A DNA stretch of 64,000 bases from an uncultured delta proteobacterium (GCA_963785235.1 CAWAUM010000001.1:32001-96000); one strand, 5' to 3'. Shown: positions 33,129-44,319, counted from the stretch's first letter. Notes: generated by a model not told the origin, from the letters alone. Numbers and translations: made by a program.

Positions 33129-35090
33129 ATGGATAAGAGAATGAAAAAAGCCATTACCGGTAAATTGACATGGAACCCCAAGGGATACGCCTTTGTGGAT
33201 GCCAAGGGTTTGGATGACGGGGTCTTCATCCCCCCGGAGGCCATGAACGGCGCCCTTGACGGAGACCTTGTGGAGGTGAGCGTATGGCGCGACCGCAAGG
33301 GCTTACGGGGCAAGGTCGTATCCATCATCACCCAATCCAGGCGCACCATAAGCGGAAAGTATGTGAGGCTGCGCAAGTTCGGTGTCCTGGAGCCTGCAAG
33401 GCCGATACCGTACACCATAATCGTCCCGCTGGGCTCCGAGGGTGATGCCCGCAGCGGCGATATGGTTACTGTCACAATAGTCCCCCCAAAGGGCATCAGG
33501 AAGGTGGGCACACTGGAGGCCAAGGTGGACAGGTCGCTTTCCATCCCGGATGGCGTGGGGGATGACCTGAGGATGGTGACGGTCAAATACGGCCTTTCCT
33601 GGGGTTTTCCCGAGGAGGTTCAAGGCGAGGCCGAGCGTGCAAGCCGCATCGATATGAACAAAGAGCTTCTCCGCCGCACGGATCTCAGGGGGCGGGTGCT
33701 CTTCACCATCGACGGCGTCAATGCCCGGGACTTCGATGATGCCGTCGGCATCGAACGGCTTGAAGACAAGACAATGCTGCTTACCGTTGCCATCGCAGAT
33801 GTGGCGCATGCAGTAAAGCCGGGCACCGCACTGGACATGGAGGCCAGGGCCAGGTCGTTCAGCGTCTACTTTCCCGAGGTCGCCATACCCATGCTCCCAG
33901 AGGTGCTCTGCAATGATGTAATGAGCCTCAAGCCCGATCAGGAAAGGCTTGCCATGGCTGTTGAGATCGTCATCGGCCCCAGGGGCAAGGTGGTCTCTCA
34001 TAAGGTCTTCGAGGCTGTCATAAGGTCCCGCGCCCGGCTCACCTATGATGAGGTGGGGCTGTTCCTGGAGGGAAAGGCCCCTGAAAAGGCCTTTGATGAT
34101 GAGATAGCCTGGCGGCTGGGCGAACTCCACAAGCTCTCAATGCACCTGCGGGAACGCAGAAGAAAGCGGGGCGGCCTGGACTTTGACATGTCAAAGGTGG
34201 AGATGACGACCGACAGCACAGGGAAGGTGGAGGGCATCAAGAGGTCCAGGAACGGACCGGCCGAGAGGCTCATCGAGGAGGCCATGCTCCTGGCGAACCA
34301 GACGGTATGCACGTTTTTATTGGAACACCACATGCCTGTGCTGTTCCGTGTGCACGAGCCACCAAAGACCGAAGACCTCCTGGAACTCATGGAGACCTTG
34401 GGCGAGATCGGGTTCTCATCCGCACTCCTGGGCCGGCTCAAGAAGGCGGCTACTTCATCGGAGAATGTCTCGAGCGTGCTCCAGGCCATTTCCGATTCCT
34501 ACAAGGGGAAAGACCTGGAGGGTTTTGTGAACACCAACATCTTGAGGTCACTGACCAGGGCGCAGTATTCAGCCGAAGACCTGGGTCATTTCGGGCTGGC
34601 CTGCACGGGGTATCTCCACTTTACCTCACCCATCAGGAGATACCCTGACCTGGTAATACACCGGCTCGTCAAGGCTGCCCTGGAACCCAAGGGCGCAACC
34701 AAGAAGGAGCAGGATATTAGCCTGAAAAATCTCAAGAAGGTGGCCCCCGAGGTGACCGAGCGGGAGAAGATCACGGATGATGCGATGATGGAGGCGCTCA
34801 AGATAAAGGCTGCCGCCTTCATGGCGTCGCGCCTGGGCGATGAGTTCGAGGCCGTGATCACGAGCATAATGCCGTACGGCATGTTCATCGAGGTCATTGA
34901 TCCGCCCGTTGACGGGCTGATAAGGAATGATACCTTTCAGGGCGAACCTTCACGAAGGGGCAAGCGGTCGCAGTCACCACGGCAGACCATAGGACAGATC
35001 GTTCAGGTAAAGCTCATCCGGGCGGACAGGACCAACGGCCAGCTCGATTTCTCGCTTCGTTTAGGGCGTGGTAATTCTGAAAAGGCATGA
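33129..35090 (+). CDS. rnr: Ribonuclease R (VacB/RNase II family)
   Basis: CSD KGYAFV, TIDGVNARDFDDA, HFTSPIRRYPDL, C-terminal S1. Confidence 0.88.
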   Translation: MDKRMKKAITGKLTWNPKGYAFVDAKGLDDGVFIPPEAMNGALDGDLVEVSVWRDRKGLRGKVVSIITQSRRTISGKYVRLRKFGVLEPARPIPYTIIVPLGSEGDARSGDMVTVTIVPPKGIRKVGTLEAKVDRSLSIPDGVGDDLRMVTVKYGLSWGFPEEVQGEAERASRIDMNKELLRRTDLRGRVLFTIDGVNARDFDDAVGIERLEDKTMLLTVAIADVAHAVKPGTALDMEARARSFSVYFPEVAIPMLPEVLCNDVMSLKPDQERLAMAVEIVIGPRGKVVSHKVFEAVIRSRARLTYDEVGLFLEGKAPEKAFDDEIAWRLGELHKLSMHLRERRRKRGGLDFDMSKVEMTTDSTGKVEGIKRSRNGPAERLIEEAMLLANQTVCTFLLEHHMPVLFRVHEPPKTEDLLELMETLGEIGFSSALLGRLKKAATSSENVSSVLQAISDSYKGKDLEGFVNTNILRSLTRAQYSAEDLGHFGLACTGYLHFTSPIRRYPDLVIHRLVKAALEPKGATKKEQDISLKNLKKVAPEVTEREKITDDAMMEALKIKAAAFMASRLGDEFEAVITSIMPYGMFIEVIDPPVDGLIRNDTFQGEPSRRGKRSQSPRQTIGQIVQVKLIRADRTNGQLDFSLRLGRGNSEKA

Positions 35091-35113
35091 AGTTTTAAAT
35101 ACAGGAGAAATCA

Positions 35114-35473
35114 ATGTCAGTGAATAATGAGTTTGTGCGCTATGCCCTCGACCAGTTGAGAGGTCTGGGCGTTGTCACCTCCCGCAAGATGTTCGGCGGG
35201 GCAGGCCTCTATCTGGACGGCACCATCTTCGCCCTTATCGCCTACGATACCCTCTATTTCAAGGTGGATGAAACGAACCGGTCCGATTTTGAACAGGCCG
35301 GTATGGAACCCTTCAAGCCCTTTGACGAGACACCATATGTCATGAGCTACTATGAAGTGCCCATTGACGTTCTGGAAGACAGTGACGACCTCGTGGAATG
35401 GGCAAGGAAGGCGCTCGCTGCAGCGCGCCGGGCGCCTGCAAAGAAAAAGAAGGCGGGTAAGAAAAAAGACTGA
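35114..35473 (+). CDS. TfoX/Sxy N-terminal domain protein
   Basis: RKMFGGAGLY, LYFKVD, MSYYEVP. Confidence 0.9.
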   Translation: MSVNNEFVRYALDQLRGLGVVTSRKMFGGAGLYLDGTIFALIAYDTLYFKVDETNRSDFEQAGMEPFKPFDETPYVMSYYEVPIDVLEDSDDLVEWARKALAAARRAPAKKKKAGKKKD

Positions 35474-35496
35474 TGCGTGGTTGGGCTTTTTTCTCC

Positions 35497-35602
35497 CGGA
35501 CCTATTTTTAAAAAAAGACAATTTCCACCATGAGTTTTATGCTTAAGGCCACTTGAAGCCGTGTGTATTTATGTGTACATTCAATCTCAAAATCCGGATT
35601 TA
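35497..35602 (+). repeat. Partial copy E of the long-hairpin repeat (right portion only, no hairpin)
   Basis: GGACCTATTTTTAAAA...ATGAGTT..CTTAAGGC..TGAAGC..ACATTCAATCTCAAAATCCGGATTTA aligns with copies A and C. Confidence 0.7.
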
Positions 35603-36655
35603 TCACTTCACATCCCTGGCTTCGCCGAATTTCAGAATCCAGAACTCGGATGCCGGGACACCGTGTTGTTTAAGTGCCTCCGACAGGTCCTTTTCATGGG
35701 AATCAATGGTTTGTTCCGGGTGTTCCACAAAGGTCCCGAAATGCATGCCCACACTCTGCTGCGACCCTAAGAGCATATGCGCCCTCACTGCATCGTCCGG
35801 GTTCATGTGCTGGTTTTTCATGAACCACCTCTTTTCATAGTTGCCCATGGGGAAGATGGTCAGACGAAACCCTGCATAGCGTTCTTTTATCTTATCCAGG
35901 AAACCGCCATACCCCGTGTCCCCTGCAAAATAGACCCTTCCGTGTGCCCCTTCCATGATAAAGCCCCCCCACAGGGTGGCATTCTCTTCAAAAATCCTCC
36001 GGCCCGAGGTATGGAGCGCAGGCACAAAGACAAACTTCATGTTTGAAGATTTCAGGACATACTCCTGCCACCAGTCCAGTTGAATGACCTTTGAAAGCCC
36101 ATCTGATTCCAGTAACGGCTTTACACCCAAGCCGGTCAGGACAAGGGGCTGATCCCGGGCACAAAGGGTATGTAATGTGGGCAGATCCAGGTGGTCATAG
36201 TGGTCATGGCTGATGAGGATCACATCTATCCTGGGCAGGTCCTCCATCTTCACCCCGGGAGAACGGACCCGCTTGGTGCCGAGCCATGAATAAGGGCCGG
36301 CGCGGTCTGACCATATGGGGTCGGTGAGGATATTCAAAGAGTCCATCTGGATCAGGACAGTTGCGTGATTGATATACGTGACCCGCAGTCCGCCATCGCC
36401 TACACGTTCAGGGGGTTTTGGCTGCACAGGGTCATCTACCCATTCCGGCCAGGAGGTGGTCTCCATCTCCCAGAGCCACTTCACCATGTCGCCGAAGGTA
36501 TGGTCGGGCACATCATTGTAAAAGCGCTTACCGTCGAAGTGGTCGGAGACCTGTCCGGTATAGAGGGAAGCGCTCCACAAAGGGGTGACCGCGCAGAGAA
36601 AAACTGCCATCAACGCACCTGTTATACCGGGTAGGGCCTTTTTTGATAAGGACAT
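35603..36655 (-). CDS. MBL-fold metallo-hydrolase (NAPE-PLD/RomA-like), exported
   Basis: SDHFDGKRF, LTDPIW, SHDHYDHLD, FAGDTGY, HMNP, MHFGTF. Confidence 0.9.
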   Translation of the reverse strand: MSLSKKALPGITGALMAVFLCAVTPLWSASLYTGQVSDHFDGKRFYNDVPDHTFGDMVKWLWEMETTSWPEWVDDPVQPKPPERVGDGGLRVTYINHATVLIQMDSLNILTDPIWSDRAGPYSWLGTKRVRSPGVKMEDLPRIDVILISHDHYDHLDLPTLHTLCARDQPLVLTGLGVKPLLESDGLSKVIQLDWWQEYVLKSSNMKFVFVPALHTSGRRIFEENATLWGGFIMEGAHGRVYFAGDTGYGGFLDKIKERYAGFRLTIFPMGNYEKRWFMKNQHMNPDDAVRAHMLLGSQQSVGMHFGTFVEHPEQTIDSHEKDLSEALKQHGVPASEFWILKFGEARDVK

Positions 36656-36736
36656 ATATTCCAACTATACTACGGATCCTCGGATTTTCATTTGAGAATC
36701 TGACAAAATTGTATGTATCTCCTCAATGAAAGGGCA

Positions 36737-36771
36737 TGACAGCGGGGCTGGAGTATACTGCCCCGCTGTCA
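36737..36771. terminator. Hairpin downstream of the Spy/CpxP-like gene
   Basis: TGACAGCGGGGC-N11-GCCCCGCTGTCA perfect 12-bp stem. Confidence 0.6.
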
Positions 36772-36783
36772 CAGGTGCCGGAA

Positions 36784-37237
36784 TCAGGAACGCCAGTTGA
36801 AACACCTGCGCTCTTTGCCCATGTGATCGATGAGCTTCTTCTGCTGCTCCGGATTCAGGATGTTGTAGAACTCCACGAAGTAATCGACAAGCTTCACTCG
36901 TGGATCGCCCTCTTGTGCAAACTGCTTTTTCAGCTGGGCTGCCATGGCATTCACATCAGGGCGCTCTCCCTTGAGATCCTTCTCCATATCTGTGTGCAGC
37001 TGTTTCATGGTGTCCATGTGTTTTCGCACATCTACTTCAAGGCGACTGCGGATGTTCTGATACTTTGTCTGCTGCTCGGCCGTGAGGCCCAGCTCTTTCA
37101 CCTCGCTGTCGACCTTTTTCAGGATGTTATCCGGTGAATGCCCCTTAGTCCAACATCCCCTCTCGCAACCCCCCATGGTAATGGCTACTATTAAACCTGC
37201 CAATCCGAGTACCATCGATCTTTAGCGTCTTTTTCAT
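36784..37237 (-). CDS. Spy/CpxP-family periplasmic chaperone/lipoprotein (frameshift near 37217)
   Basis: LGLTAEQQ and ILNPEQQ (LTXXQ) motifs; divergent from a two-component system. Confidence 0.8.
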
Positions 37238-37381
37238 GCTGTTCTCCTTAAGTTCATTTCTGTGTAATGGTTAGGGGTATACGCCGGGTTTGTAAAAAGG
37301 ATTTTTTGAGAATGTAAAAAAGTGTTAAGGGTTGAAAAACAGTGTAAATGGTCTTGCCAGGGAGAAAGGATCCGGCTCAAT

Positions 37382-38083
37382 ATGAAAAAGATGCTGCTGG
37401 TGGATGACGATACCAAGCTCCAGGAACTACTCAGGACATACCTGGAAAAGTACGGATTCACAGTGAGGTCCTTATTGAGTGGTATGAAGATCATGGAAGC
37501 CATTGCCGAAGACAAGCCCGACATCATCATCCTTGATATCATGATGCCGGGTCATGACGGGCTGGAGGTGCTCAAGGAGATCCGCAGCCGTCATGCCGTC
37601 CCGGTGATCATGCTCACGGCCCGGGGTGATGACATGGACAGGATCGTAGGCCTGGAGCTCGGTGCCGACGATTACCTGGCCAAGCCGTTCAACCCCCGTG
37701 AGCTCCTGGCCCGGATGAAGGCGGTGTTACGGAGGGTAGAGGCCGATACGTCTGCGCAAAAAACTCCCGACGTCAAGGATACCATCCGTATCGGGGAACT
37801 GGAATTGGATCTTCCCCGGCAGGTCCTCAGGTTCAAAGGGCGGCAGGCCGAGCTCTCCACCGCGGAGTTCAAGCTGCTGGAGGCCATGATGGAAAGGCCC
37901 AATACCGTCTTGAGCCGTGATACCCTCATGAACCTGGCCCGTGGCAGGGACTTCATGGCCTTTGACCGCAGCATCGATGTCCACATCAGCCATCTCAGGG
38001 CAAAGCTTGAATCGCTCACCGGAAATCGTGACTGGATCAAGACCCACTGGGGATCAGGATATATATTCGTGGACAGGTCATGA
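37382..38083 (+). CDS. OmpR/CpxR-family response regulator
   Basis: LVDDD, LDIMMP, MLTARG, KPFNPREL, DRSIDVHISHLR. Confidence 0.93.
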   Translation: MKKMLLVDDDTKLQELLRTYLEKYGFTVRSLLSGMKIMEAIAEDKPDIIILDIMMPGHDGLEVLKEIRSRHAVPVIMLTARGDDMDRIVGLELGADDYLAKPFNPRELLARMKAVLRRVEADTSAQKTPDVKDTIRIGELELDLPRQVLRFKGRQAELSTAEFKLLEAMMERPNTVLSRDTLMNLARGRDFMAFDRSIDVHISHLRAKLESLTGNRDWIKTHWGSGYIFVDRS

Positions 38084-39459
38084 GAATCTCCAAGCTATAC
38101 CTCAAGTTTTTCCTCTCGTTTATAATCATTTTCTTCATTACCGGGATCCTTATCTTCGCCCTGTTCCACATGGTTGCCCGTAAGGGCATGTTTGATGAGT
38201 TTTATCAGATAGTGGAGGCCAACAAATTCGTTATAACCGAACTTCTGGAAGAACGGATACAGGCCCCTGGCGCGCAGAAGCTTGAAGATAATGGTTCAAT
38301 CCGGGATCTCCTCAACAGGCTTGCACAATTATATGAAGCCAAATTCTGGATAACAGACAGTGAAGGCAGAACCCTTGTGCGCACCTTTGGGGGTGGTGTC
38401 CCAGACACAACTCAGACCAATCTAAAGAGATTCAGGTGCTTTGCCCATATTCGATCAGGCACGGATGCAGGTAAACCGTATATGGGCATGCCGGTCAAGC
38501 TGGCCGGGGGTGAGGCCGGCATGCTGCATGTTGTTCTCCATGGGTCAAGACACAAATTTGCAGAGGGCCCCTTTGCCCTGGGCCTTATGGCTATCGGGCT
38601 CATCGTGGCGCTGCTCATCCTGCCCATCTACCGATTTATCAGCGAACCCTTAGGTGAGCTGAGGCATGCCGCCCAGGGAATTGCAGGGGGCGACCTCTCC
38701 TGCCGGGCCTCTGTGAAGAGCAATGACGAGATCGGCGAATTGGCAGGGGCCTTCAACCACATGGCCGAGACCATCGAGCGCATGGTTAAAACCACCAAAG
38801 AGCTTACAGCAAACGTTTCCCATGAGCTCCGCTCGCCCCTGGCCCGGATCCGTATCGCCCAGGAACTGCTCCTGGAAAAGCTCCACGACCCGGCCCAGGA
38901 GAAGAAATATCTGGAAAGCATCCAGGAGGAGATCGAGGAAATGGATCACCTCATCGGAGAAATCCTCACCCTTTCAAAGCTCGATATCCAGCAGGCGCAA
39001 GGCATCAGTGAAGACTTCGACATGCAAACGCTGGCAGGCGACCTCCTGAGCCGGTTTGGCCCCAGCATCGCTCACAAGCGCATCAGGCTTGTTGCTGAGC
39101 TCCCGCAGGCGCCGCTGACCATCCATGCCAGGCGCGAGGAGATCCGCACGGCGCTCGCCAACCTCCTGGACAATGCCGTCAAGTTCACCCCCGAAGAAGG
39201 GGAGATCATTCTCGCAGCGGCCAAGGCCCCGGGCGTTGTGAAGGTAGTCGTCATGAATACCTGTGAACCCATCGGCGAAGAAGACCTCAAAAGAATCTTT
39301 GAGCCGTTCTTCCGAATACAAGGGGAAGCCGGCCGCGGCACAGGGCTCGGTCTTGCCATAACCAGAAAGATCGTGGAAAGGCATCCGGGAAGCCTTAATG
39401 CATCATATAGAGAGGGTAAGCTCATCGTGGAAATGTCTTTGCCGGAAAAGGTAATATAA
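38080..39459 (+). CDS. HAMP sensor histidine kinase (CpxA-like)
   Basis: Two TM helices, HAMP (DEIGELA.AFN.M), SHELRSPL, NLLDNA, GTGLGL. Confidence 0.92.
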   Translation: MRISKLYLKFFLSFIIIFFITGILIFALFHMVARKGMFDEFYQIVEANKFVITELLEERIQAPGAQKLEDNGSIRDLLNRLAQLYEAKFWITDSEGRTLVRTFGGGVPDTTQTNLKRFRCFAHIRSGTDAGKPYMGMPVKLAGGEAGMLHVVLHGSRHKFAEGPFALGLMAIGLIVALLILPIYRFISEPLGELRHAAQGIAGGDLSCRASVKSNDEIGELAGAFNHMAETIERMVKTTKELTANVSHELRSPLARIRIAQELLLEKLHDPAQEKKYLESIQEEIEEMDHLIGEILTLSKLDIQQAQGISEDFDMQTLAGDLLSRFGPSIAHKRIRLVAELPQAPLTIHARREEIRTALANLLDNAVKFTPEEGEIILAAAKAPGVVKVVVMNTCEPIGEEDLKRIFEPFFRIQGEAGRGTGLGLAITRKIVERHPGSLNASYREGKLIVEMSLPEKVI

Positions 39460-39904
39460 GATAGATCTCTTCTTTGCCGTGAAGGAAATTGAATACGTTC
39501 AGTACATATACTATCGATTGCTCCACAAATAGCCACCTGGATGATTAAATCCCAATTCGACAGTGTGTTAATGTATCGGTTTGCATCTTCCTTTGTCTCT
39601 GTACGGGGGAATTTTTAGCTGCTTTGACTCATCATCTTTATTTCCCTGTCTTCTTATCTCAAGTCCGGTGATGCACTCATCACAGATGCTATGACTGGAT
39701 TTCAGCGATTGCTGGCCTAGTGAGTAGTTTCAATACTCACCCCCCCTGGTGCGGTGATGACATAAAGACCAACACCGGTTTCCAGGCATCTTGAAAAAGT
39801 GATGTTATCACGATAATATCTAACTTATAAAAGTGAACAGTCCTGATAGCAACCGAAGATGGACCTGTACCTGTATGTATGAGAGCCATGAAAGGAGATC
39901 ATGT

Positions 39905-40813
39905 ATGGAAGACCTCAGGACACCTGACATGCCTGAATGGATCAGCGATATGCTCCCAGCCCGGGTTCGCCGCAAGGTTGTGGATGTCGGCGGGGAGAGC
40001 ATGCATGTCATGGAATGGGGCAAGGGGATGCCGGTGCTCATGCTCCATGGCAATCCAACATGGGGCTTCCTGTACCGAAAAATAGTACACCTCCTTGAGG
40101 ATGTGCCGCTTCATTGCATTGTCCCGGATCTCATCGGCCTGGGCTTTTCCAGCAAGCCTAAGGTATTGAAGGAGCACAGCCTCCTCAGCCACGCCTCATG
40201 GCTGGGTTCCTTTATTGATTCCTTGGGGACTGAAGGGCTGATCCTCGTATGCCAGGACTGGGGAGGACCCATCGGGGTGAGGGCCCTGGCCCACAGGCCG
40301 CATCTGTTGAAGGGCCTGGTGGTCCTGAACACCGCATTGAGGCCGCCCCACCAGGGATTTCACCCCACCATGTTCCACCGGTTCAGCAACCTCCCCATTA
40401 TCAGCGATTTTGTGTTCAGGGTCCTGGGATTTCCGCAGAATGTCCTGGCCAAGACACAGGGCGATCCATCATCCATTGCGGGCAAGGTGGCCCGGGCCTA
40501 CCGATACCCGCTCTGCCACATTGCCGACCGCGCCGCTCCGCTGGCCCTTGCCCGCATGGTGCCGTCATCTCTCACGCACCCGAGCGTTCAGGAACTTCAG
40601 GTATGTGAGGGATTCATCCGGGGCTTTAAGGGACCTAGCGCCATTGTGTGGGGGGAGAAAGACCCTATCCTGGGCAGGGTGCTTCGCCGGGTGATGGAAA
40701 TCCTGCCTGATGCGCCGGTTACGCGCACAAAGGCCGGGCATTTTATCCAGGAAGAAGAGCCCGCTGCCATTGCCCGGGCAATAACAGAGGTGTATGGGCG
40801 CTGCTCAGTCTGA
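39905..40813 (+). CDS. Haloalkane dehalogenase-like alpha/beta hydrolase
   Basis: HGNPTW, PDLIGLG.S, QDWGG, AGHFIQE. Confidence 0.85.
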   Translation: MEDLRTPDMPEWISDMLPARVRRKVVDVGGESMHVMEWGKGMPVLMLHGNPTWGFLYRKIVHLLEDVPLHCIVPDLIGLGFSSKPKVLKEHSLLSHASWLGSFIDSLGTEGLILVCQDWGGPIGVRALAHRPHLLKGLVVLNTALRPPHQGFHPTMFHRFSNLPIISDFVFRVLGFPQNVLAKTQGDPSSIAGKVARAYRYPLCHIADRAAPLALARMVPSSLTHPSVQELQVCEGFIRGFKGPSAIVWGEKDPILGRVLRRVMEILPDAPVTRTKAGHFIQEEEPAAIARAITEVYGRCSV

Positions 40814-40855
40814 TGCAAGGAGCTGTTTTGGGATGTAAGCACCTTGGGAGAGACA

Positions 40856-41593
40856 CTATTTCTTGTGCTTCAGCGCGGCACCGCCCAGGTAGGCCTCCTG
40901 GATCTTCTCGTCCGATTTGAGGATGTGGGCGGGCCCGGAGGCTGCGATCCTGCCGTTCTCCAGAACATAGCCCCTTGTGGCAACGCTCAGGGCCTTGTGT
41001 GCGTTCTGCTCCACCAGGAGGATGGACACCCCCTGGCTGTTGATTTCCCGGATGATGTCGAAGATCTGCTTGACCAGGATGGGCGCCAGGCCCAGCGAAG
41101 GCTCGTCCAGCAGGAGAAGCCTGGGGCTGCTCATGAGCGCGCGCCCGATTGCCAGCATCTGCTGCTCGCCGCCTGAGAGAGTCCCTGCAAGCTGCTTGTT
41201 GCGTTCCTTCAGGATGGGGAACAGGGAAAAGACGCGTTCCTTTGCCTTGACGATCTCTTCTTTGTGTTTTCTGCGGGTGAATGCGCCGAGGTTGAGGTTC
41301 TCGTCCACGGTGTGCGTGGGGAACACCCTGCGCCCCTCCGGGGACAGCGAGATGCCCTTGACCACGATCTCATAGGCAGGGACCTTGTTGAGCGTCGCTC
41401 CGGCATAGGTGATGGTGCCGCTGGTGATGGGGATGAGCCCGCACACGGCCTGGAGCAGGGTGGACTTGCCTGCCCCGTTGGCGCCCAGCACCGTGACGAC
41501 CTCGCCCTCGTCCAGGCTGATGCTGATCCCCTTGAGGACCTCACGGGCGCCGTAGCGGATATGGAGGTCACCAACGGACAACAGGGCCGACAT
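40856..41593 (-). CDS. livF: Branched-chain amino acid ABC transporter ATPase
   Basis: GANGAGKS, PEGRRVF, LSGGEQQM, DEPSLGLAP. Confidence 0.9.
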   Translation of the reverse strand: MSALLSVGDLHIRYGAREVLKGISISLDEGEVVTVLGANGAGKSTLLQAVCGLIPITSGTITYAGATLNKVPAYEIVVKGISLSPEGRRVFPTHTVDENLNLGAFTRRKHKEEIVKAKERVFSLFPILKERNKQLAGTLSGGEQQMLAIGRALMSSPRLLLLDEPSLGLAPILVKQIFDIIREINSQGVSILLVEQNAHKALSVATRGYVLENGRIAASGPAHILKSDEKIQEAYLGGAALKHKK

Positions 41594-42399
41594 GCTCTTC
41601 TCCTTCGTCATCCTTGCCCAGGTAGGCCTCGATCACGTCCGGGTTGTTGTAGATCTCCAGAGGCGGGCCTTCTGCGATCTTTTTCCCCTCGTCCATAACC
41701 ACCACCCAGTCGGAGATGCCCATGACCACGTTCATGTCATGCTCGATGAGCCAGGATGGTCAGCGCCTCGACGCGGATGAGTTCCTTCAGGAATTCCATG
41801 AGGTCGTGGGTCTCGTTGGGGTTCAGGCCGCTGCTGGGCTCGTCCAGCACCAGAAGCTCCGGGCCCGATGCAAGCGCCCGTGCGATCTCCAGCATACGCT
41901 GCGACCCGTAGGCCACGTTCTTTGGCGAGCTCGTCTTTGAACTCCCAGAGGTCCACCTGCCTGATCCTCTCTTCGGCCACCTCCCTGATCCGCGTTCCTC
42001 TCTCCTCATGCCGGGTGTCCTGAACACAGAGGAGATAAGCCCTGAGGTCGCCCTGCAGTGCTGGCCTGCCATGACATTTTCCAGGCAGGTCATATCCGGG
42101 AAGAGCCGGATGTTCTGGAAGGTCCGCGCGATGCCGGAGGAAATGATCTGGTATGGCTTCCTGCCCGTGATGCGTTCTTCCTTGAAGAACACGTCGCCGT
42201 GCTCGGGGTTGTAGATGCCCGTCACCACGTTGAACACCGTGGTCTTGCCCGCGCCGTTGGGGCCGATGAGGCTCAGGATCTCACCCTTGCGCACACTCAG
42301 GTCAAAGTCGCTTACCGCCTTGAGCCCCCCGAAGATCTTGGTGAGCCCCCTTGTCTCAAGGAGGATGTCATTGGTGCTGCGCGGTTTAGACTGCTCCAT
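41568..42399 (-). CDS. livG: Branched-chain amino acid ABC transporter ATPase (frameshifts)
   Basis: FGGLKAV, GPNGAGKTT, RTFQNIRLF, DEP, C-terminal VIEAYLG. Confidence 0.88.
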
Positions 42400-43385
42400 C
42401 GCCGGTGTCCTCCAGGAGCGGGCGGAAGCTTACACCGCCACGTTTTCTCGGCCAGAATCCGCCGGGCCTAAACGTCATCATGATGATCATGACCGAGCCG
42501 AATACGAGCATGCGGTACATGGCAAAGGGCCTGAATATTTCGGGAAAGAGGCTGATAAAGGCCGCGCCGATGAGCACGCCGGGCACCGAGCCCATGCCGC
42601 CGATGAGCACGATGCAGAACATGAGGCACGACTCCCAGAAGGTGAAGCTCTCGGGTGATACGCACATGAGCTTGCTCGCATAGATGTTGCCCGCAACACC
42701 TGCCAGTCCGGCGCCCAGGACAAAGGCCAGGAGCTTGTAGTGCCTCACGTTGATGCCGCCCGAGCTTGCGGCGATCCCGTCCTCCCGGATGCAGTTCCAG
42801 GCCCTGCCGATACGGGAATTCTGCAGGCTGACGAGGCCTACGATGGTGAGCCCCACCACGATCCAGATGAGGAAGTAGTACTTAATGGAAGAATCGATGG
42901 CAAAGCTGCCGATCCTCGGGAAGTCCACGCCGAAGACCCCGTTGGGCCCGCCCGTGAGGTCAAAGGGGTTGTTGATGAGTGCGATCCTGCACGATCTCGC
43001 CCATGCCGATGGTGACCACGCAGAGATAGTCGCCCTTCAGATGGATGATGGGCGAGCAGACGATATAGGCGAACAGGGCCGCAGCCAGGCCGCTGATGGG
43101 CAGCAGCACCAGGATGGGGATCTGGTAGCGGGTGTTCAAGATGGCGGTCACATAGGCGCCGATGGCATAGAAGCCCGCGTGGCCAAGGTCAAAGAGCCCC
43201 ACCTCGCCCAGCACGATGTTCAGGCTCAGGCCCAGCAGGGCGTAGATCCCGAAAAAGAAGGCGATGTCTATGAGGTAGTTGCTCACGAAGAACGGATAGG
43301 CGATGATAATGGCCATAAAGGAAAGGGGCAGGTACCACCTCTTGCCGAAAAGGACGCCCAGGAAGGTTTGCTGATTCTGGTTCAT
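42386..43385 (-). CDS. livM: Branched-chain amino acid ABC permease (frameshifted near 42990-42930)
   Basis: LGLSLNIV.G..G..DLGH, LKGDYL, SRIGRAW..IRED, IGGMGS, RPGG. Confidence 0.88.
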
Positions 43386-43389
43386 AGGC

Positions 43390-44301
43390 TCAGACCTTCT
43401 CCGCCGTCTTTTCCCCGAACAGCCCGGTGGGCCGGAAGATGAGCACGAGGATGAGGATCAGGAAGACGAACACGTCCTTCCATGCAGCCGAGATGTAGGC
43501 AGCGCCCAGCATTTCCAGCACGCCCAGGATGAGGCCGCCGAACATGGCGCCGGGCAGGTTGCCGATGCCGCCCAGGATGGTTGCCGTAAAGGCCTTGAGC
43601 CCGTAGTTCCACCCCATGGTGAAGCTTATCTGCCGGTAGTACATGCCCACCATGACCCCGGCGGTGGCGCCGAGCGCCGGCCCCAGGGTGAAGATGAACA
43701 GGATCACCTTGTTGAAGTTGATCCCCATGAGCGCTGCCGTGTTCCTGTCGTGCGCCGTGGCGCGGACCGCTGCCCCGAAGGTGGTCCGCTGGATGATGTA
43801 ATAGAGTACGGACATGAGGATGAAGGACAGGGCAAGGATGATGATCTGGAGCAGGGTGATGTTGATCTGGCCGAACTGGAACCGCATGGCAGGGATGAGT
43901 TCCGCAGGATATGCCTGGAACCTGGGGCCCCAGATGACCATGATGGTGTTCTGCAGGAAGATGGAGGCGCCCAGGGCCGATACTACTGCAGGGAGCCTGC
44001 CGGCAGGGTACACGGGCCGGTATGCGACCCTCTCCACCAGGATGCCCACAAGTGCAATGCTGATGGCAGCCACGCCGATCGCCGCTATCATGCCTGTCCA
44101 TGGACCGAATTGAATGGTGAGCGCCGTGGCGCCGAACACCAGCACTGTGTAGCCCAGATAAGAGCCCATGGTGAAGAAGTCACCATGGGCGAAGTTGATG
44201 AGCTTCAGTACGCCGTAGACCATGGAGTATCCAAGCGCAATGAGCGCATAGAATGACCCGATGGTCAGGCCGTTGATGAGCTGTTCGAGCAAAAGTTGCA
44301 T
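43390..44301 (-). CDS. livH: Branched-chain amino acid ABC permease
   Basis: QLINGL.IGS.YALIALGYSMVYG...INFAHG; KAF.A.ILGGIG. Confidence 0.92.
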   Translation of the reverse strand: MQLLLEQLINGLTIGSFYALIALGYSMVYGVLKLINFAHGDFFTMGSYLGYTVLVFGATALTIQFGPWTGMIAAIGVAAISIALVGILVERVAYRPVYPAGRLPAVVSALGASIFLQNTIMVIWGPRFQAYPAELIPAMRFQFGQINITLLQIIILALSFILMSVLYYIIQRTTFGAAVRATAHDRNTAALMGINFNKVILFIFTLGPALGATAGVMVGMYYRQISFTMGWNYGLKAFTATILGGIGNLPGAMFGGLILGVLEMLGAAYISAAWKDVFVFLILILVLIFRPTGLFGEKTAEKV

Positions 44302-44319
44302 AGTCTATATTGTGTATCT

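Noticed and set aside
36672-36697. GGATCCTCGGATTTTCATTTGA as a sixth remnant of the repeat terminus
   Set aside because: Too short and degenerate to distinguish from chance without a profile search.
39460-39830. Possible small gene remnant or riboswitch in an AT-rich spacer
   Set aside because: The minus-strand frame has an early TAA and no recognisable motif. The short hairpins match no riboswitch consensus I know.
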